DNA from: Octopus vulgaris
Lineage: Eukaryota
Length of the DNA: 64,000 bases
Direction: 5' to 3'
NCBI GenBank assembly: GCA_951406725.2
Contig: OX597831.1
Span: 58,652,001-58,716,000, forward strand
The position numbers were made by a program, and so were the translations under genes. The notes under the pieces were generated by a model. The model was not told the origin of the DNA, did no database searches, and worked only from the letters and a program-made list of their open reading frames with translations. The first letter of the stretch is position 1. The number at the start of each line of letters is the position of its first letter. Shown one piece after another: positions 1 through 12,249 of the stretch.

Positions 1-74
1 CTCACAAACCAACCTTTATGTATTTTCGATTGCAAGTGTACTGTAAAAATATACAGCAAAATATATGAAGACTA

Positions 75-155
75 TTCTTCTTCTTCTTCTTCTTCTTCTT
101 CTTCTTCTTCTTCTTCTTCTTTTTCTTCTTCTTCTTCTTCTTCCTCCTCTTCTTC
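75..155. repeat. (CTT)n microsatellite
   Basis: Direct reading; explains the poly-Leu ORF 65..412. Confidence 0.95.
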
Positions 156-498
156 TACGTCGTTATCACATCGAAAAAAAAGTTGCTTTGCGGTATTTGT
201 TCCAGCAAGTTATCTTTCTAAGTTCAAATCCTACCAAGGTCGACTATATCTTTCATCTTCCGGGATGGGTTAAAATAAATGGCCGTTCGTGTCTAGTGCC
301 AATAGTATCATTTTACAGTCCTTCTCAAAACTGGTCATGCACTGAGAACGGAAACCATTATTCAAGTCCAGCCGAAGTCAAACTTGCCTTTCATTCTTTG
401 GGAGCTGGGTGACTAAAGCTGGTTTTATATCATAATTAGACATTACTATAGCTTTACTTCTCAGAACGTTCAGTCTTGTTTGTTCTGGTACCTTCTGC

Positions 499-553
<55 letters not shown>
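499..553. repeat. (TTA)n microsatellite abutting the 3' end of a Dong/R4-like LINE
   Basis: Direct reading. Confidence 0.95.
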
Positions 554-557
<4 letters not shown>

Positions 558-1257
558 TAGTTTTAGTTTTATTTTTATAGCGTGCTTTCACTTCACTACC
601 GAGCGCAGCTCTGTGTGCCTTGGGTATGTGCTGTGATTTGTTGTGATGCTCTGATGGTTATTGTATGGAAAGTGTTCTGCGTAGGATGTGGGCAGTGCCT
701 AGTAGTGCAATTTTCTGTATGTTATATGTGTTTGTAAGTCCTGGTGTTTTTGTTATGTATTTGTCTGAATATTTTTTTATCATGCCTAATGCACCTACTA
801 TGATAGGAATTGTTTCTGTTTTCAGATTCCACATTCTAGTTACCTCTATTTCCAGGTCTTTGTATTTTGAGAGTTTCTCCATTTCTTTTAGAGACACGTT
901 GTCATCTGCCGGTATTGATACATCAATTAAAAAGCATTTTTTTTCTTCATGATCTCTGACAACTATATCTGGTCTGTTGGCCTTAATTTCTCTATCTGTG
1001 TGTATCGGCATATCCCAGAGTATGGTTGCTTTCTCGTTTTCTGTGACCTTTTCTGGTGTGTGCCTATACCATCTTTTTTCTGTTGTTATTCCATAATGTT
1101 GGCATAGCTTCCAATGTATGTAGGTTCCAACTCTGTCATGTCTGTGAATATATTCCTTCTTAGCCAGGACTGGGCAGCTAGAGATAATATGATTTATTGT
1201 TTCTTGTCCATCTCCACATATTCTGCAGTTACTTGTAATATTTCTTTTCATTACATG

Positions 1258-1260
<3 letters not shown>
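554..1260 (-). mobile_element. 5'-truncated R4/Dong-like non-LTR retrotransposon: CCHC knuckle, restriction-like endonuclease and 3' UTR
   Basis: ORF 658..1251 has CRICGDGQETINHIISSC..RHD (CCHC) and RPDIVV..DVSIP..EKLSKY (PD-D/ExK RLE), ending LLGTAHILRRTL; uninterrupted to the stop; (TAA)n on both sides. Confidence 0.92.
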
Positions 1261-1307
<47 letters not shown>

Positions 1308-1363
1308 CATTATTATCATTATTATCATTATTATCATTATTATCATCATTATCATTATTATTA
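1261..1363. repeat. (TTA/TCA)n microsatellite
   Basis: Direct reading. Confidence 0.95.
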
Positions 1364-1699
1364 TGGCGTGCTGGCAGAATTGTTTGCTTAACGGTATTTC
1401 TTCTGTTGCTATGTTGCGAGTTCTTTCCGCCAGGCCTTTGCCGCTTTACAACATGTGTTGGTGTGTTTGCCTCCCGTAAGCTAACGTTTTGGCAAAAGAA
1501 ACTGATAGAATAATACCAGTGTTAAAAGAATATGTGCTGGGGAATGCTCTTCGCTTTTGGTAATATCTGTTAAATATACAGTTATTTCAATGCGCCCTCA
1601 GGTGGAAGTGGTGAATGTGTAGTTACTAGTGGCATTAGCACCTTTAAGTCATTCGATGGCTTGATACCTTGGATTTTAACATTGTATTTCTTTTATCTC

Positions 1700-1878
1700 T
1701 CACTTGTATCACTCATTAGCCTGCGAATTGTTAGTCGAATGAATCGACTTAAAGTACATAATTTTTAGACTGGTACTTATTTTATCGGTCTCTTCAACGA
1801 AACCGTTAGCTTACAGGACATAAACACACCAACACACTTAGTTACACGGTGGTAGCCTGGCAGAAAGATATCTATCTG

Positions 1879-1975
<97 letters not shown>

Positions 1976-2025
1976 ATGTCTGTCTGTCTATTCATCCATC
2001 CATGCATAAGACGGGCTTCTTTCGG
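1700..2025 (-). mobile_element. Degenerate partial copy of SINE family A with internal (TATC)n/(TGTC)n
   Basis: GTACTTATTTTATCGGTCTCTT..AACCGTTAG..ACATAAACACACCAACA and GACGGGCTTCTTTC match the copies at 59590 and 63257. Confidence 0.7.
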
Positions 2026-2711
2026 CACCTGATATGTATATTCGGAAAAAAGAATCGTTTGAAATATATTTAGGATATTTTTGACCTATACAAAAGCCGT
2101 ATTCACTGTTGTTTGCCTTGGAAAATAGTCTCCGCTTTTGGTAATATCTGTTAAATATACAATTATTTCAAGGTTTCCTCTGGTGGAAGTGATGAATGCT
2201 TTTCTAGTGTCTTGGATCTCACCTGCATCGTGCAATTCAAGAGAGGCAACCCTGAAACGATTTCCTAAACGTTAAATTCTTATATCAAATCAGTTTCAAA
2301 ACTTTAGCCGAGATCAGCGTCACCTGTAATCAGTGAATGCGGCAAAAGGGTCTCTGGAAATGACCACTGGTTTGAAACGAGAACTCTCATCAGCAAATAA
2401 CAGTGAATACGGATTTTGTACTACGATCATATTGTGCAGAGTAAAAAAAAAATGTTTTCGACAGCCAGAGATACCCCAAATTTGACCGAAACGGTAAGAG
2501 AATTCAAAGAGAACACGAAGAACAAAAGAGTGAAAGCATCGAAAGAAATGAAACTGTATGGGTAATTCATGCGAGGAAGACATTAAAAAAAATGTACCAG
2601 GATCTAGTCCGAGAGCGAATGCAGAATGAGTCCGACACACATGGCAGAGAGCGCCTACCCTATTTGGAGGTATAGAAATTTTGTTTGTTTGTCCTTACAT
2701 ACCTTACATAC

Positions 2712-3188
2712 ATAGGTGCAGGAGTGGCTGTGTGGTAAGTAGCTTGCTTACCAACCACATGGTTCCGGGTTCAGTCCCACTGTGTGGCACCTTGGGCAAG
2801 TGTCTTCTACTATAGCCTCGGACTGACCAAAGCTTTGTGAGTGGATTTGGTAGACGGAAACTGAAAGAAGCCCGTCGTATATATGTATATATATGTATGT
2901 ATATATGTATATATATATATGTGTGTGTGTGTGTGTGCGTACGTGTGTGTGTATATGTCTGTGTGTCTGTGTGTCTGTGTTTGTCCCCCCCAACATCGCT
3001 TGACAACCGATGTTGGTGTGTTTATGTCTCTGTAACTTAGCGGTTCGGCAAAAGCGACCGATAGAATAAGTACTAGGCTTAGAAAGAATAAGTCCTGGGG
3101 TCGATTGTCTCGACTGAAAAGTCGGTGTTCCAGCATGGCCGCAGTCAAATGACTGAAACAAGTAAAAGAGTAGAAGAGTAAAAGAGTA
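2712..3188 (+). mobile_element. tRNA-derived SINE family A (CORE-like), full length, internal (TA)n/(TG)n
   Basis: A/B-box-like head TGGCTGTGTGGT..GGTTCAGTCCC, CORE-like ACCTTGGGCAAGTG, tail CCAGCATGGCCGCAGTCAAATGACTGAAAC plus (TAAAAGAG)n; three more near-identical copies in window. Confidence 0.92.
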
Positions 3189-3349
3189 TACCTCCAACAC
3201 ATCGGGATTCTTGATTACATTTTCTGTACTCTTATTCATAGCTCTGTTTTCTGAAATATAGTCCTCCCGTGTTTTTCAAGTTTTTCTCAAGTAAAGTGAA
3301 CCTTTCGGCAAATAAAATGATATAATTCTTCCTACGTTTATTATTATTT

Positions 3350-3454
3350 TAGTAGTAGCATTAGTAGTTGTTTTTGCACTGGTAGTAGTAGTAGTAGTAG
3401 TAATAGCAGCAATTGCATTTATAGTGGTAGTAGTCGTAGCAGCAGCAGGAATAA

Positions 3455-3502
<48 letters not shown>

Positions 3503-3620
3503 AAGAAGAAGTACAAGTAGAAGAATAAGAATAAGAAGAAGAGGAAGAATAAGAAGAAAAAGATGATGATGATGATGATGATAATGATGATGATGATGAT
3601 GATGGTGTTGATAATGATCT
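3350..3620. repeat. Compound trinucleotide microsatellite (TAG)n(AAG)n(GAT)n
   Basis: Direct reading. Confidence 0.9.
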
Positions 3621-3833
3621 GCATTTCGTTGGTAATCATGCATTGCACATACATGCAGATAATGATCATACATAAAACACAATCAGATAATAAAATCAGG
3701 GAAGTACCCCCCGCTCTCTCACTCACACACACATACACCCCACACACACACGACCACTTCACCGCCTTTCAAAGAAGAAGGGTGGTAGTGACTATCGACA
3801 TATATATGTGTATGTATGACTGCGTATATTTTC

Positions 3834-3883
<50 letters not shown>

Positions 3884-4698
3884 GGATGGATATAGTTTGA
3901 GAAAGAGAAAAAGAGAACAGAAGAGAAAGAGAGAGAGATTAAGAAAGAAATGGACGTGATGAGAAGAGGAGACTGAACTGAACTGAAGTGAATAAATGCA
4001 AGAAATATCCAGAAATACAGAATGAATTACGGAGAACGAGTTGCATTAATTACGTATGCTGCCATAAATTTACGAAGATCGACCGGAAAGCTATAAATGA
4101 GTTGATTCAAGTTACAAGTTCGCAACGGTTTTATATGCCGAGAACACAATAGAAGTTGAAACGATGCTATTCTCTCCTAATCAAAACATTGACTTTCTTC
4201 ATTTACATACGTAAGTCGTTGCCTCTTTCAAAGCTGTTCTGTTGTAGCGTTATTCATTGCCGTGATTCATGTCAAAAGTGATGTAAAAGAGGTTAAAATA
4301 GCAATTAACGGTTAATACATTCACTACTTTATATCGACAGTGCTTCTCCAGTCTCAAATTTGCAGCGATTTATCGAAAATTTGTACGTACACTTTTATGA
4401 GTTCTAACCTAAGAAACGTTTCGTGCGTCAGACGCTATACTGAAAATTGGCCGTCACTGAGATAGAGTTGGTAGAGAAACATTTATAAACGTTTTGAGGT
4501 TACCCGAGGTTAAAAGGATGGGCTAAACGTAGGATATTTTCCACATATTGGAGACACTGAGTCAATGGTTACAAGAGAAAGGATTTCTCAATACATCAAA
4601 CGACTACTTGGTGGAGTTAAATTTTCTGATTTAACAACCAAGTCTAGGGAGTCTGCCGCTCCAAGGAACATCAATAAAATCCATTAAGATTTCGGCTG

Positions 4699-4781
<83 letters not shown>

Positions 4782-4786
4782 CATAG

Positions 4787-4950
4787 GGTGAGTTTACGAA
4801 AAAGAAAACAAAAGACGTAGACAGGTGGTGTACAAAACAAACAGATGTATTAGTATAACGCTCAGGAATAGAAAAAGTCTTTTACGTTTCGAGCCTACGC
4901 TCTTCTACAGAAAGGGACACAGAAAAAACAAGGTGAGAAAAAAATGTGTC
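4787..4950 (-). mobile_element. Penelope-like terminal repeat (pLTR) fragment with hammerhead-like motif, abutting (CA)n(TA)n
   Basis: Near-identical to 31278-31478 in opposite orientation; minus strand reads CTTT-CTGTAGA-A-GAGC-GTAG-GCTC-GAAACGTA-AAAG. Confidence 0.7.
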
Positions 4951-5223
4951 TATTAATACAGATATGAAAAGGCAAAATGTTTGGCAAGAATTGACAAGGA
5001 CATTTAATTTAGATATATAACAAAACGTTTTACATAGTCTCTAACAGCTGTCTATAGAATAACCCAGCTATTGGAATATCGTGCCGATCGGGGATTCCGT
5101 AGGCCGAATGTTGCGTCACCGGACAAAGATAGGTTAAGCATGTGTAACAGTAGAGAAATATTCCTCAGAGCGTATACCTTTTAGTTTGAGTCACCCCGAT
5201 GAAAATTCCTTGTACCACACACA

Positions 5224-5303
<80 letters not shown>

Positions 5304-5330
5304 GAAGGTTTGGAGATGATATACAGGTAT

Positions 5331-5492
5331 TATATATTAGAAGAAATAAGGTACTCAGAAATCTGGATGGTTTTATATTTACATATATTTATTAATGTCA
5401 CATGTTTTTATAATATACGATTTATAAAAACATGTGACTTTAATAAATATCTGTAAATATAAAACCATCCAGATTTCTGAGTACCTTATTTC

Positions 5493-5504
<12 letters not shown>
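5331..5504. repeat. Near-perfect palindrome (83-bp arms, 8-nt loop), probably inverted Penelope-like termini
   Basis: 5331-5413 is the reverse complement of 5422-5504 with two mismatches. Confidence 0.9.
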
Positions 5505-5556
<52 letters not shown>

Positions 5557-5573
5557 TTAAGTTATCACTGCAG

Positions 5574-6578
5574 ATTCTCTATTGAATTTAGAGCCAACAC
5601 TGAAAGATATGACGTTTCCTATACGAAGACGTCTATGTAAACAGTGTGGTTGATGACAGAAAGGCAGTTAATGGATGTATATGCATATTGCAGGAGTTAT
5701 TACTCCTTCTCAGCACTGCATCAAATCCATTAAACATCCACAAGCATATTGGGTATTTTCCTCTCTTCGATCGCATCGTTCGCATAGACCTACTCGGTCA
5801 CGAAACATTATTACGTTTGGTGCTTGCCTTAGACTATCTACAATCTGTACAAATAAATTCAAAATGATTTAATCGCACTGCTAACATAAAAAGTAGGACA
5901 TTGTATTGATTTGTAAAATTATTATTATATACTTAGTAGTATATTTTGGCTGCAAAACGAAATATGTGTCACTATCAGCAATTAATACACACACACACAC
6001 ACATGACAGACTCTCCCGTCGAAGACGATGTATAAGTGTTCAGCGAGAAGACAGAAAAAGAAAAAAGGCCAACATAGACAATCAATACATTAATGTTACT
6101 ACCATTAAACCAATTTTTGCGATTTATTCAACTGCATCTGATGACACTTCATGGGAGAGGCCAGACCACAAAAAGCAATATGGATATGAGCATAAGCATG
6201 ACTTATTAAACGATCACATGATCTAGCTGAGAAGTCACAAGGAGGATAATGGTTGCTTGCGAGAAATGTGTTGTTCTCTTGGTCTCATTTCCTACTTTCC
6301 CGTAACCACTTTTAATGAAGTACACTTTGAGATTCAAAATTTCGAAGATGGGGGAAAAAAACAGTCTCTTTGAGTCTGCACTCTCTTGCGATATTTCAAA
6401 ACTTTTCTATCCTATTACTCATTGTAACACGGACGTATCAGATGCAAAAGTTCATTTTTTTATGCCGATAATTAATCCAAAATATGTGGCTGATGCAGCA
6501 AATCTAATCAATTTTGTGCTGGATGCCCACGAATTTATGACCAGCAAAAACTAAGTCTCTTATGGTCTGAGATGCAAC
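5574..6578 (+). pseudogene. Putative decayed TRIM-like exons (B-box pair then coiled-coil/linker)
   Basis: After ctgcag acceptor: ..RRRLCKQCG, then with frameshifts DDRKAVNGC..YCRSYY..QHC..IHKHIGYF..RIVRID, GHETLLRL..ICTN..SHC*H; ORF 6315..6554 resembles the segment at 42839-43001 and is followed by AAC|GTTAGT. Confidence 0.4.
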
Positions 6579-6714
6579 GTTAGTCCTTACTTTGAAAAGG
6601 TGTTGGCTGAGAATGCTCGCATTATCCTATATTCACGAATCACTCCCTCTTCTACACTAGAAAAGCCATAATCCAGCACTACGTTAAAAATAGCGCAAAT
6701 AATAAAATGATAAA

Positions 6715-7028
6715 CGTCTAAACGTCGCCCTTTTCAAGCCTAGCCAGTCTCATGGGCCCGGTTTCCCGGTTTCTGTGGCGTATGTGTTGCTCCCAGCTGG
6801 ATGGGACGCCACTTCATCGCAGCGTTACTCAAGAAACAGGAAGAGAGAGTGAGAGAAAGTTGTGGCGAAAGAGTACAACAAGGGTGACCACTACTTCCTG
6901 TCGGAGCCTCATGGAGCTTTTAGATGTTTTCGCTCAATAAACACGCACAACGCCCGGCCTGGGAATCGAAACGGCGATCCTCCGACCGCGAGTCCGCTGC
7001 CCTAACCACTGGGCCATTGCGCCTCCAC
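6715..7028 (-). mobile_element. tRNA-derived SINE family B, full length
   Basis: Minus head GGAGGCGCAATGGCCCAGTGGTTAGGGCAGCGGACTCGCGG..GTTTCGATTCCC; head and centre shared with 47163-47462. Confidence 0.88.
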
Positions 7029-7034
7029 AGTGCA

Positions 7035-7350
7035 AATAATACTGTTGCCAAAATAAAAACTTATTTTGTACCATTTTGAACATCAAGGCTGAAACTATCT
7101 GCCATTTGAGAAAACGGATGCCTTGATAGCTTAGTGTAGGGACACCCTGACAATCAGCCATGGCTCGGGATTCCCAAACTTTGATAATACTTTCCATAAA
7201 GGCTGCTGACAATTGTAAAGTCAACAAATACACCATAGAGGTATTCATTGTGCTCTCGGGCCTTCTCATCAAATTGTTGCGTATTGAATATCATATTCAT
7301 TGTTCTTCGATATGACCTAAGACACAGTAACTCTCTGGATAGGCGCAACC
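7035..7350 (-). mobile_element. RTE-clade reverse transcriptase fragment, degenerate
   Basis: LRSYRRTMNMIFNTQQFDEKAREHNEYLYGVFVDFT matches the RTE RT motif GFR..RST.DMIF..RQLQEK.RE....Y..FVDL.KAFD. Confidence 0.8.
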
Positions 7351-7675
7351 GAATAGTTCAGTGTTAATTCTATTTAAGATGACTCTAGAGAGGATTTTTT
7401 TCAGCAACAATTAGCAGCGGTATGCCGCGGTGACTATCACATAAACACTTATTACCTTTATACTTATACAGATGTACCACCGTTGCGTCTTTAAACTGTA
7501 GAGGGGTACTTCCTATGTGTCTCATTTAGAACATAAGCCCTGTCAGTTCATCTCCCAATACTATATACATATAATTTATATATGTATGTATCCACTAACT
7601 TGTATATATTCATACACATATCTGTACACAAACACACTCACACACACACATACACACATGACTTATATATATGTA

Positions 7676-8179
7676 ATCTCCATCTATAAAAGGCAGGATG
7701 TGTGTGTGTGTGTGTGTGTGTGTACACTTGAATGTAATTTATGCACGTCCACAAATTAGCAGGCATGTCTCTCCAATTTTAGGACATTAGTCACGACCAT
7801 GGCTGTGCTTCTGTCAATTTATTTTTCCCGAGGCACTCGTGGATAGCGGTAAAAATCAATTTTCAACCATAACTTTTACCAATTTCCACGTCGGTGAAAT
7901 CCGTAAGTTTGCTAACATGAGTTACGTCACCTGTCTAGAAATGGGGAAAAAGATAAACAAAGAGTTACTTTTTAGATTAACTCCCGAACGATTTTCATTA
8001 AGAAAAAAAGAAACTCGGATTTTTGGCTTGGAATCAAGTGCCCTGACCTCCTAATATGCTGCAAACCCCTTCTTAGGTCCGAAAAATGGGGTGAGGTGGA
8101 AGCCTCGGAAATTTTACCCACTCTCAACATTTTGCAGAAAAAATTTTTCCAGAGAGTGAATTACATGGTTCATTATTAA

Positions 8180-8182
<3 letters not shown>
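7676..8182 (+). mobile_element. Possible non-autonomous Helitron/Helentron-like element
   Basis: Begins ATC..TCTATAAAAGGCAGGA followed by (TG)n, sits between (TA)n tracts; family assignment by general appearance only. Confidence 0.3.
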
Positions 8183-8238
<56 letters not shown>

Positions 8239-9560
8239 AGCATGCAAATCTTCGATGCAACCTTCTCCAATGCATATCTTCGATACAGCCTTGACCGATA
8301 GTACCCATGGGAGGGGTTAGGACTAGATCGGGATTAGTCACTGCCTTTTAGAGGCTCCCGAGCCCCCTATCATTTGGTTAGCTTAGGCTTAGGTTAAAGC
8401 TTAGTTGTGATCCGAACATAATTTCTTCTGATAGATATGATCAAGGACCCTTTGGGCGTTTTATTTTCCTTGCTGGAAGGGCTACCATCCTATGGGCCAA
8501 GTGGGGTACATGATGGATGTGGGGGTTTTGAAAGAAATAAAACAATCAATATATAAGTGAAATAAAAAGGTGTAACAACAAATAAAGATATATTCATTTG
8601 GACATTTCCACATAGAGCTCTCTGACTCTGTCTCCTTCTCTCCCCTTAATGTATCTCCCTCTATGTCTCTCTCTCCCTCTTCTGAAACTATAAGCAATAA
8701 CTTCGGAAAATAGTACATTTCTTTATGTGTGTTCTGTGCTGTCCATCGCTCCATCGTTGGAATGCTTCTAGTGTAATATAGTTTTAAATATACGAAAAGG
8801 TCTCTAATCTGTAACTCATCCCTTCTCTTATTTTACTGAGAAGGAGGATGTGAGAGCTACCCCGGGAATAAGGTTCTAGTGTAATGTTGTCGACTCCATA
8901 CAAAATGTTATGGCCACAATATCTTACTGGAGTTTTAATTATCGGCGACGGAAGATGGAACGTCAAAGGGAATCTCCATACAATTTGAAATAAGAGCGCT
9001 GTGATCCAACAGAAATATTGTAATGAAAGATGTCTGTCACTTTAATGGCTGGGATAATTCGCCTCCTTGAAAAGAAAAAACATAATGTCTGTTATAATGT
9101 GTATGTTTAGGATTCTAGGTACATTAATTAGCATTCCTGATAAATAGCCTTTTCGATTTATGAAAATATCTCGCTTTGAAGTGGATTGAAATTTAAAAGT
9201 AATGGAATGTAGATAATTTCCTGTATTGCTGCTTATTATTGACATTGCCACTTACTTCATAGAGTTCAGAGGTTTTACGTCGCTACATAATGGCTTCTAA
9301 CATTGCAACAAAGTGTGAAACGTTGATGTGAAATGGCAATGCCGATAAAATATACAATATTTAACTAGTTCTTATTTTATAGACAACTGACAGAATTTAA
9401 AATCAGAAATAAAACGAACATAAATAAGACGTAGGGTAATGCTGTGCTTTTCATGATCTAAAAACGAAAAGTGCAAACAAAATTTGCTGTCCCTTCAATC
9501 TTATGAAGAGTAATATTATCGGTATCATCTAGTATAAGAAATAATATATCTGCCTGTCTC

Positions 9561-9593
<33 letters not shown>

Positions 9594-9911
9594 TTCGGCT
9601 ATCGTCACTTCGTCTGCGTGAGTCAGAACAATTGCTCGTATCCATGAATATTTGTTTGTATTGCATTTTTGATAAGAGTTGGTTAACAACATCAACTTTC
9701 ATGTGACTGAATCGGTTTTCCGAAAAATCCCCGTCCTACGGGTGTATTTTCGTTTCTTAAATTTCATTTAGAAAATTTGTTTTTTTTTTCAATCTCTCCT
9801 AAAGATGACTAACTTGGCTGAAGCGGTCAGCGTCCTTTCGTCCTATTTAAACATTAATTTCCCTGAATTGCCGAATACTGGAGGGAAGAAAGAGAATGCT
9901 GTATCACACAC

Positions 9912-9963
<52 letters not shown>

Positions 9964-10247
9964 AGTTGAACAGCGTCAACACACATTCTAACAACAGCGT
10001 CCTAAGCAAGCAAGGGAGAAAGGAAAGCAAAAACAATGAGGAAATGTCAACCATCGCTGCTCCCACCACCACCAAAACCAACAACAACAACAACAACAAC
10101 GCGAACAGTCAAAGAAACTGTGCTTTAGTTTCTAGGCAAAGAAAATGAGTTATTTCTTTTAGGCCTCACCAGATTATCTAAGGAGGGTAGCACAATAAAC
10201 CTAAAGACACCGCATCACATGTTAGAAAACATTAACAATAAAACAAG

Positions 10248-10345
10248 TACCGTAAATCCTCGAGTGTAATTCGCATTTGTTTCCCAAAATTTAAAGGTCA
10301 AAATCCCTCGTGCGTAATATATACGAGGTTAAGAATAAAAAATAT
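10248..10345 (+). mobile_element. pogo/Tigger-like DNA transposon terminal fragment
   Basis: TA-CCGTAAATCCTCGAGTGTAA terminus with subterminal inverted copy TGCGTAATATATACGAGG. Confidence 0.5.
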
Positions 10346-10474
10346 TTTCTAAGCAATGTGTGAGTCCCTATTTGCTGTCCGGCAATGTTTAATCAGGCGC
10401 ATTTTGTGATGTCGGTCGCGAAAATACCTTAAGCTAAGCCTGAAAGCAATGAAGTCGTAATAGAATAATCCATA

Positions 10475-10900
10475 ACAGGTACGGTTCGAGATAGAACGGA
10501 TCGACTTGCCCGAGATGCGATCAGAGCGACGAAACCGTTCTGCGCGCATTCGTGCAGCGTTCAACCATTTCAGACCTGTGGGTTTATGTCGAACGGCTGC
10601 TGTCACGTGTCTATCGGGAATATTGTCCCTCCACCTTCCTTTATGCGGGAAGACAAGGCAGTTTTCATTGTACTGGTGGCTATGGTGAAAGAATGTGTGT
10701 GGTGTTCTCGTGTGAAAGGTTTAGAGACAAACACTTTCCTCTCTGGCCAATCGCTCATCAACTTTTTCAAGTACCACTTGAAAAGGAAGGTGAGAATAGA
10801 GAGGCAAGTTTTGTCTCATGGAAGTTTCAATAAAAAGCGGGTGAATGTAATAAAGATGGTACGCGGGAATGACAAAACCACTTTGGGGATGATCGTGTAA

Positions 10901-10940
<40 letters not shown>

Positions 10941-11187
10941 GCTTTGCTCTTATGTGATTCTTTCCCTGCCTGAGGTTACCGCGATCTATTTCGTAAGCTT
11001 TCTTTTCTACGGAAAAACCTAATCTGTTTTACATTTTTACTCCCCATTATTTTGCTGTTTACATATCCCAAACGCTTTCGATCCCTTTTGATGGGAAGTT
11101 TTCTTTTTCTTTCTTTCTTTTTTGAAAAGCAAAGATCTACATTTTATTTCCTTTCTGTGTTCGACCATGTGTGGCTTATAAAGAAAT
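10475..11187 (+). mobile_element. Tx1-clade LINE 3' fragment with 3' UTR, degenerate
   Basis: TCPRCDQSDETVL..ISDLWVYVERLL and KGLETNTFLSGQSLINFFKYHLKRKVR are colinear with 34040-34475; ends ATAAAGAAAT at (TATC)n. Confidence 0.88.
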
Positions 11188-11196
11188 CTATCAATA

Positions 11197-11266
<70 letters not shown>

Positions 11267-12249
11267 CCTATATATATATAATACAGAATCGCTAATTTAC
11301 GATTTGATAGACAACAAAATTTGGGTCTACCAAAATACCATCATAATATATTAGCAAAACTGAAGCTCCCGCAGAACGCACCGAGAATGTCTTTTACTAG
11401 TAGGATCAAATACAAAAAGACGAAGAATTTAAAGGAATGTTTTGATCACACAGCTATGCCTACTCCTGCTTAATATGCTCTTCAGCAATGAAAATATAAA
11501 TTATTTTGACGTCGGTATGAAGCCAACGCTTTGAGGGAAATATGTATGCTCTCTATCACCAAATCCAGTACTTGGTTAGTATATAATTTTATCGACCCCC
11601 GATTGATAAAATTTGAAATTCCTCTCGGTGGGATTTGAATTCAGAACGTAAGATTTGGGGAGAAATATCATAAAGACCATTTCCGCTGCTCTACTATTTC
11701 TTTCACGTTCACCGCGCCAAATAAAATAAATTTGGGTTTTGATTGAGATATGACACCGTTAATTCTGAGAGAAGGATTTACTAGTACATGACTGGTAATT
11801 GTATGTTACCAACCTGAATGACAAAAGAGAAAGTTCACCAACGTTTCAGTTGAACTTAGAACGTAAGAAGTAAAATCTACTGTAAAAGAAAACAATGAAA
11901 GTAAAACTGCCAAGTAAAGAAATACCAATAATTTCATACAATGTCTACGTCTCGCAGAAACCACGGGCTTCTTATAGTTGAATCATAGATTTTTGGTTTA
12001 GATTCATGTCGGCATTCCTTTACATCGTTTTAAATTCGATAGAATTATTAACGGTCTACGGTTGATGTCTGGAAATATTTTGCGAGCGCCATGCGAGATA
12101 TCTTGAAATGACACTTTTGGTTCTTTGTGAACTAAATTCAAAATTCGCCAATTGTCGATAAGCAGAATTAATTACCGGGTTACGGTTGTACTGTGTCCTA
12201 TACGCAATTGCCACCATGAAGAGGAAGCTTTGTAAGCAAGATATATATA

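Noticed and set aside
658-1251. 197-aa ORF as a domesticated nuclease gene
   Set aside because: It begins at the 5' truncation point of a retrotransposon with its 3' UTR intact; no promoter or splice evidence.
6950-7028. tRNA gene (also heads at 62070-62142, 47163-47225, 2715-2785)
   Set aside because: A/B boxes present but each continues into a SINE body and lacks a clean acceptor stem.
8250-9000. Possible Penelope-like fragment with GGCTC/GAGCC hairpin
   Set aside because: Neither ribozyme core nor protein motif is recoverable with confidence.
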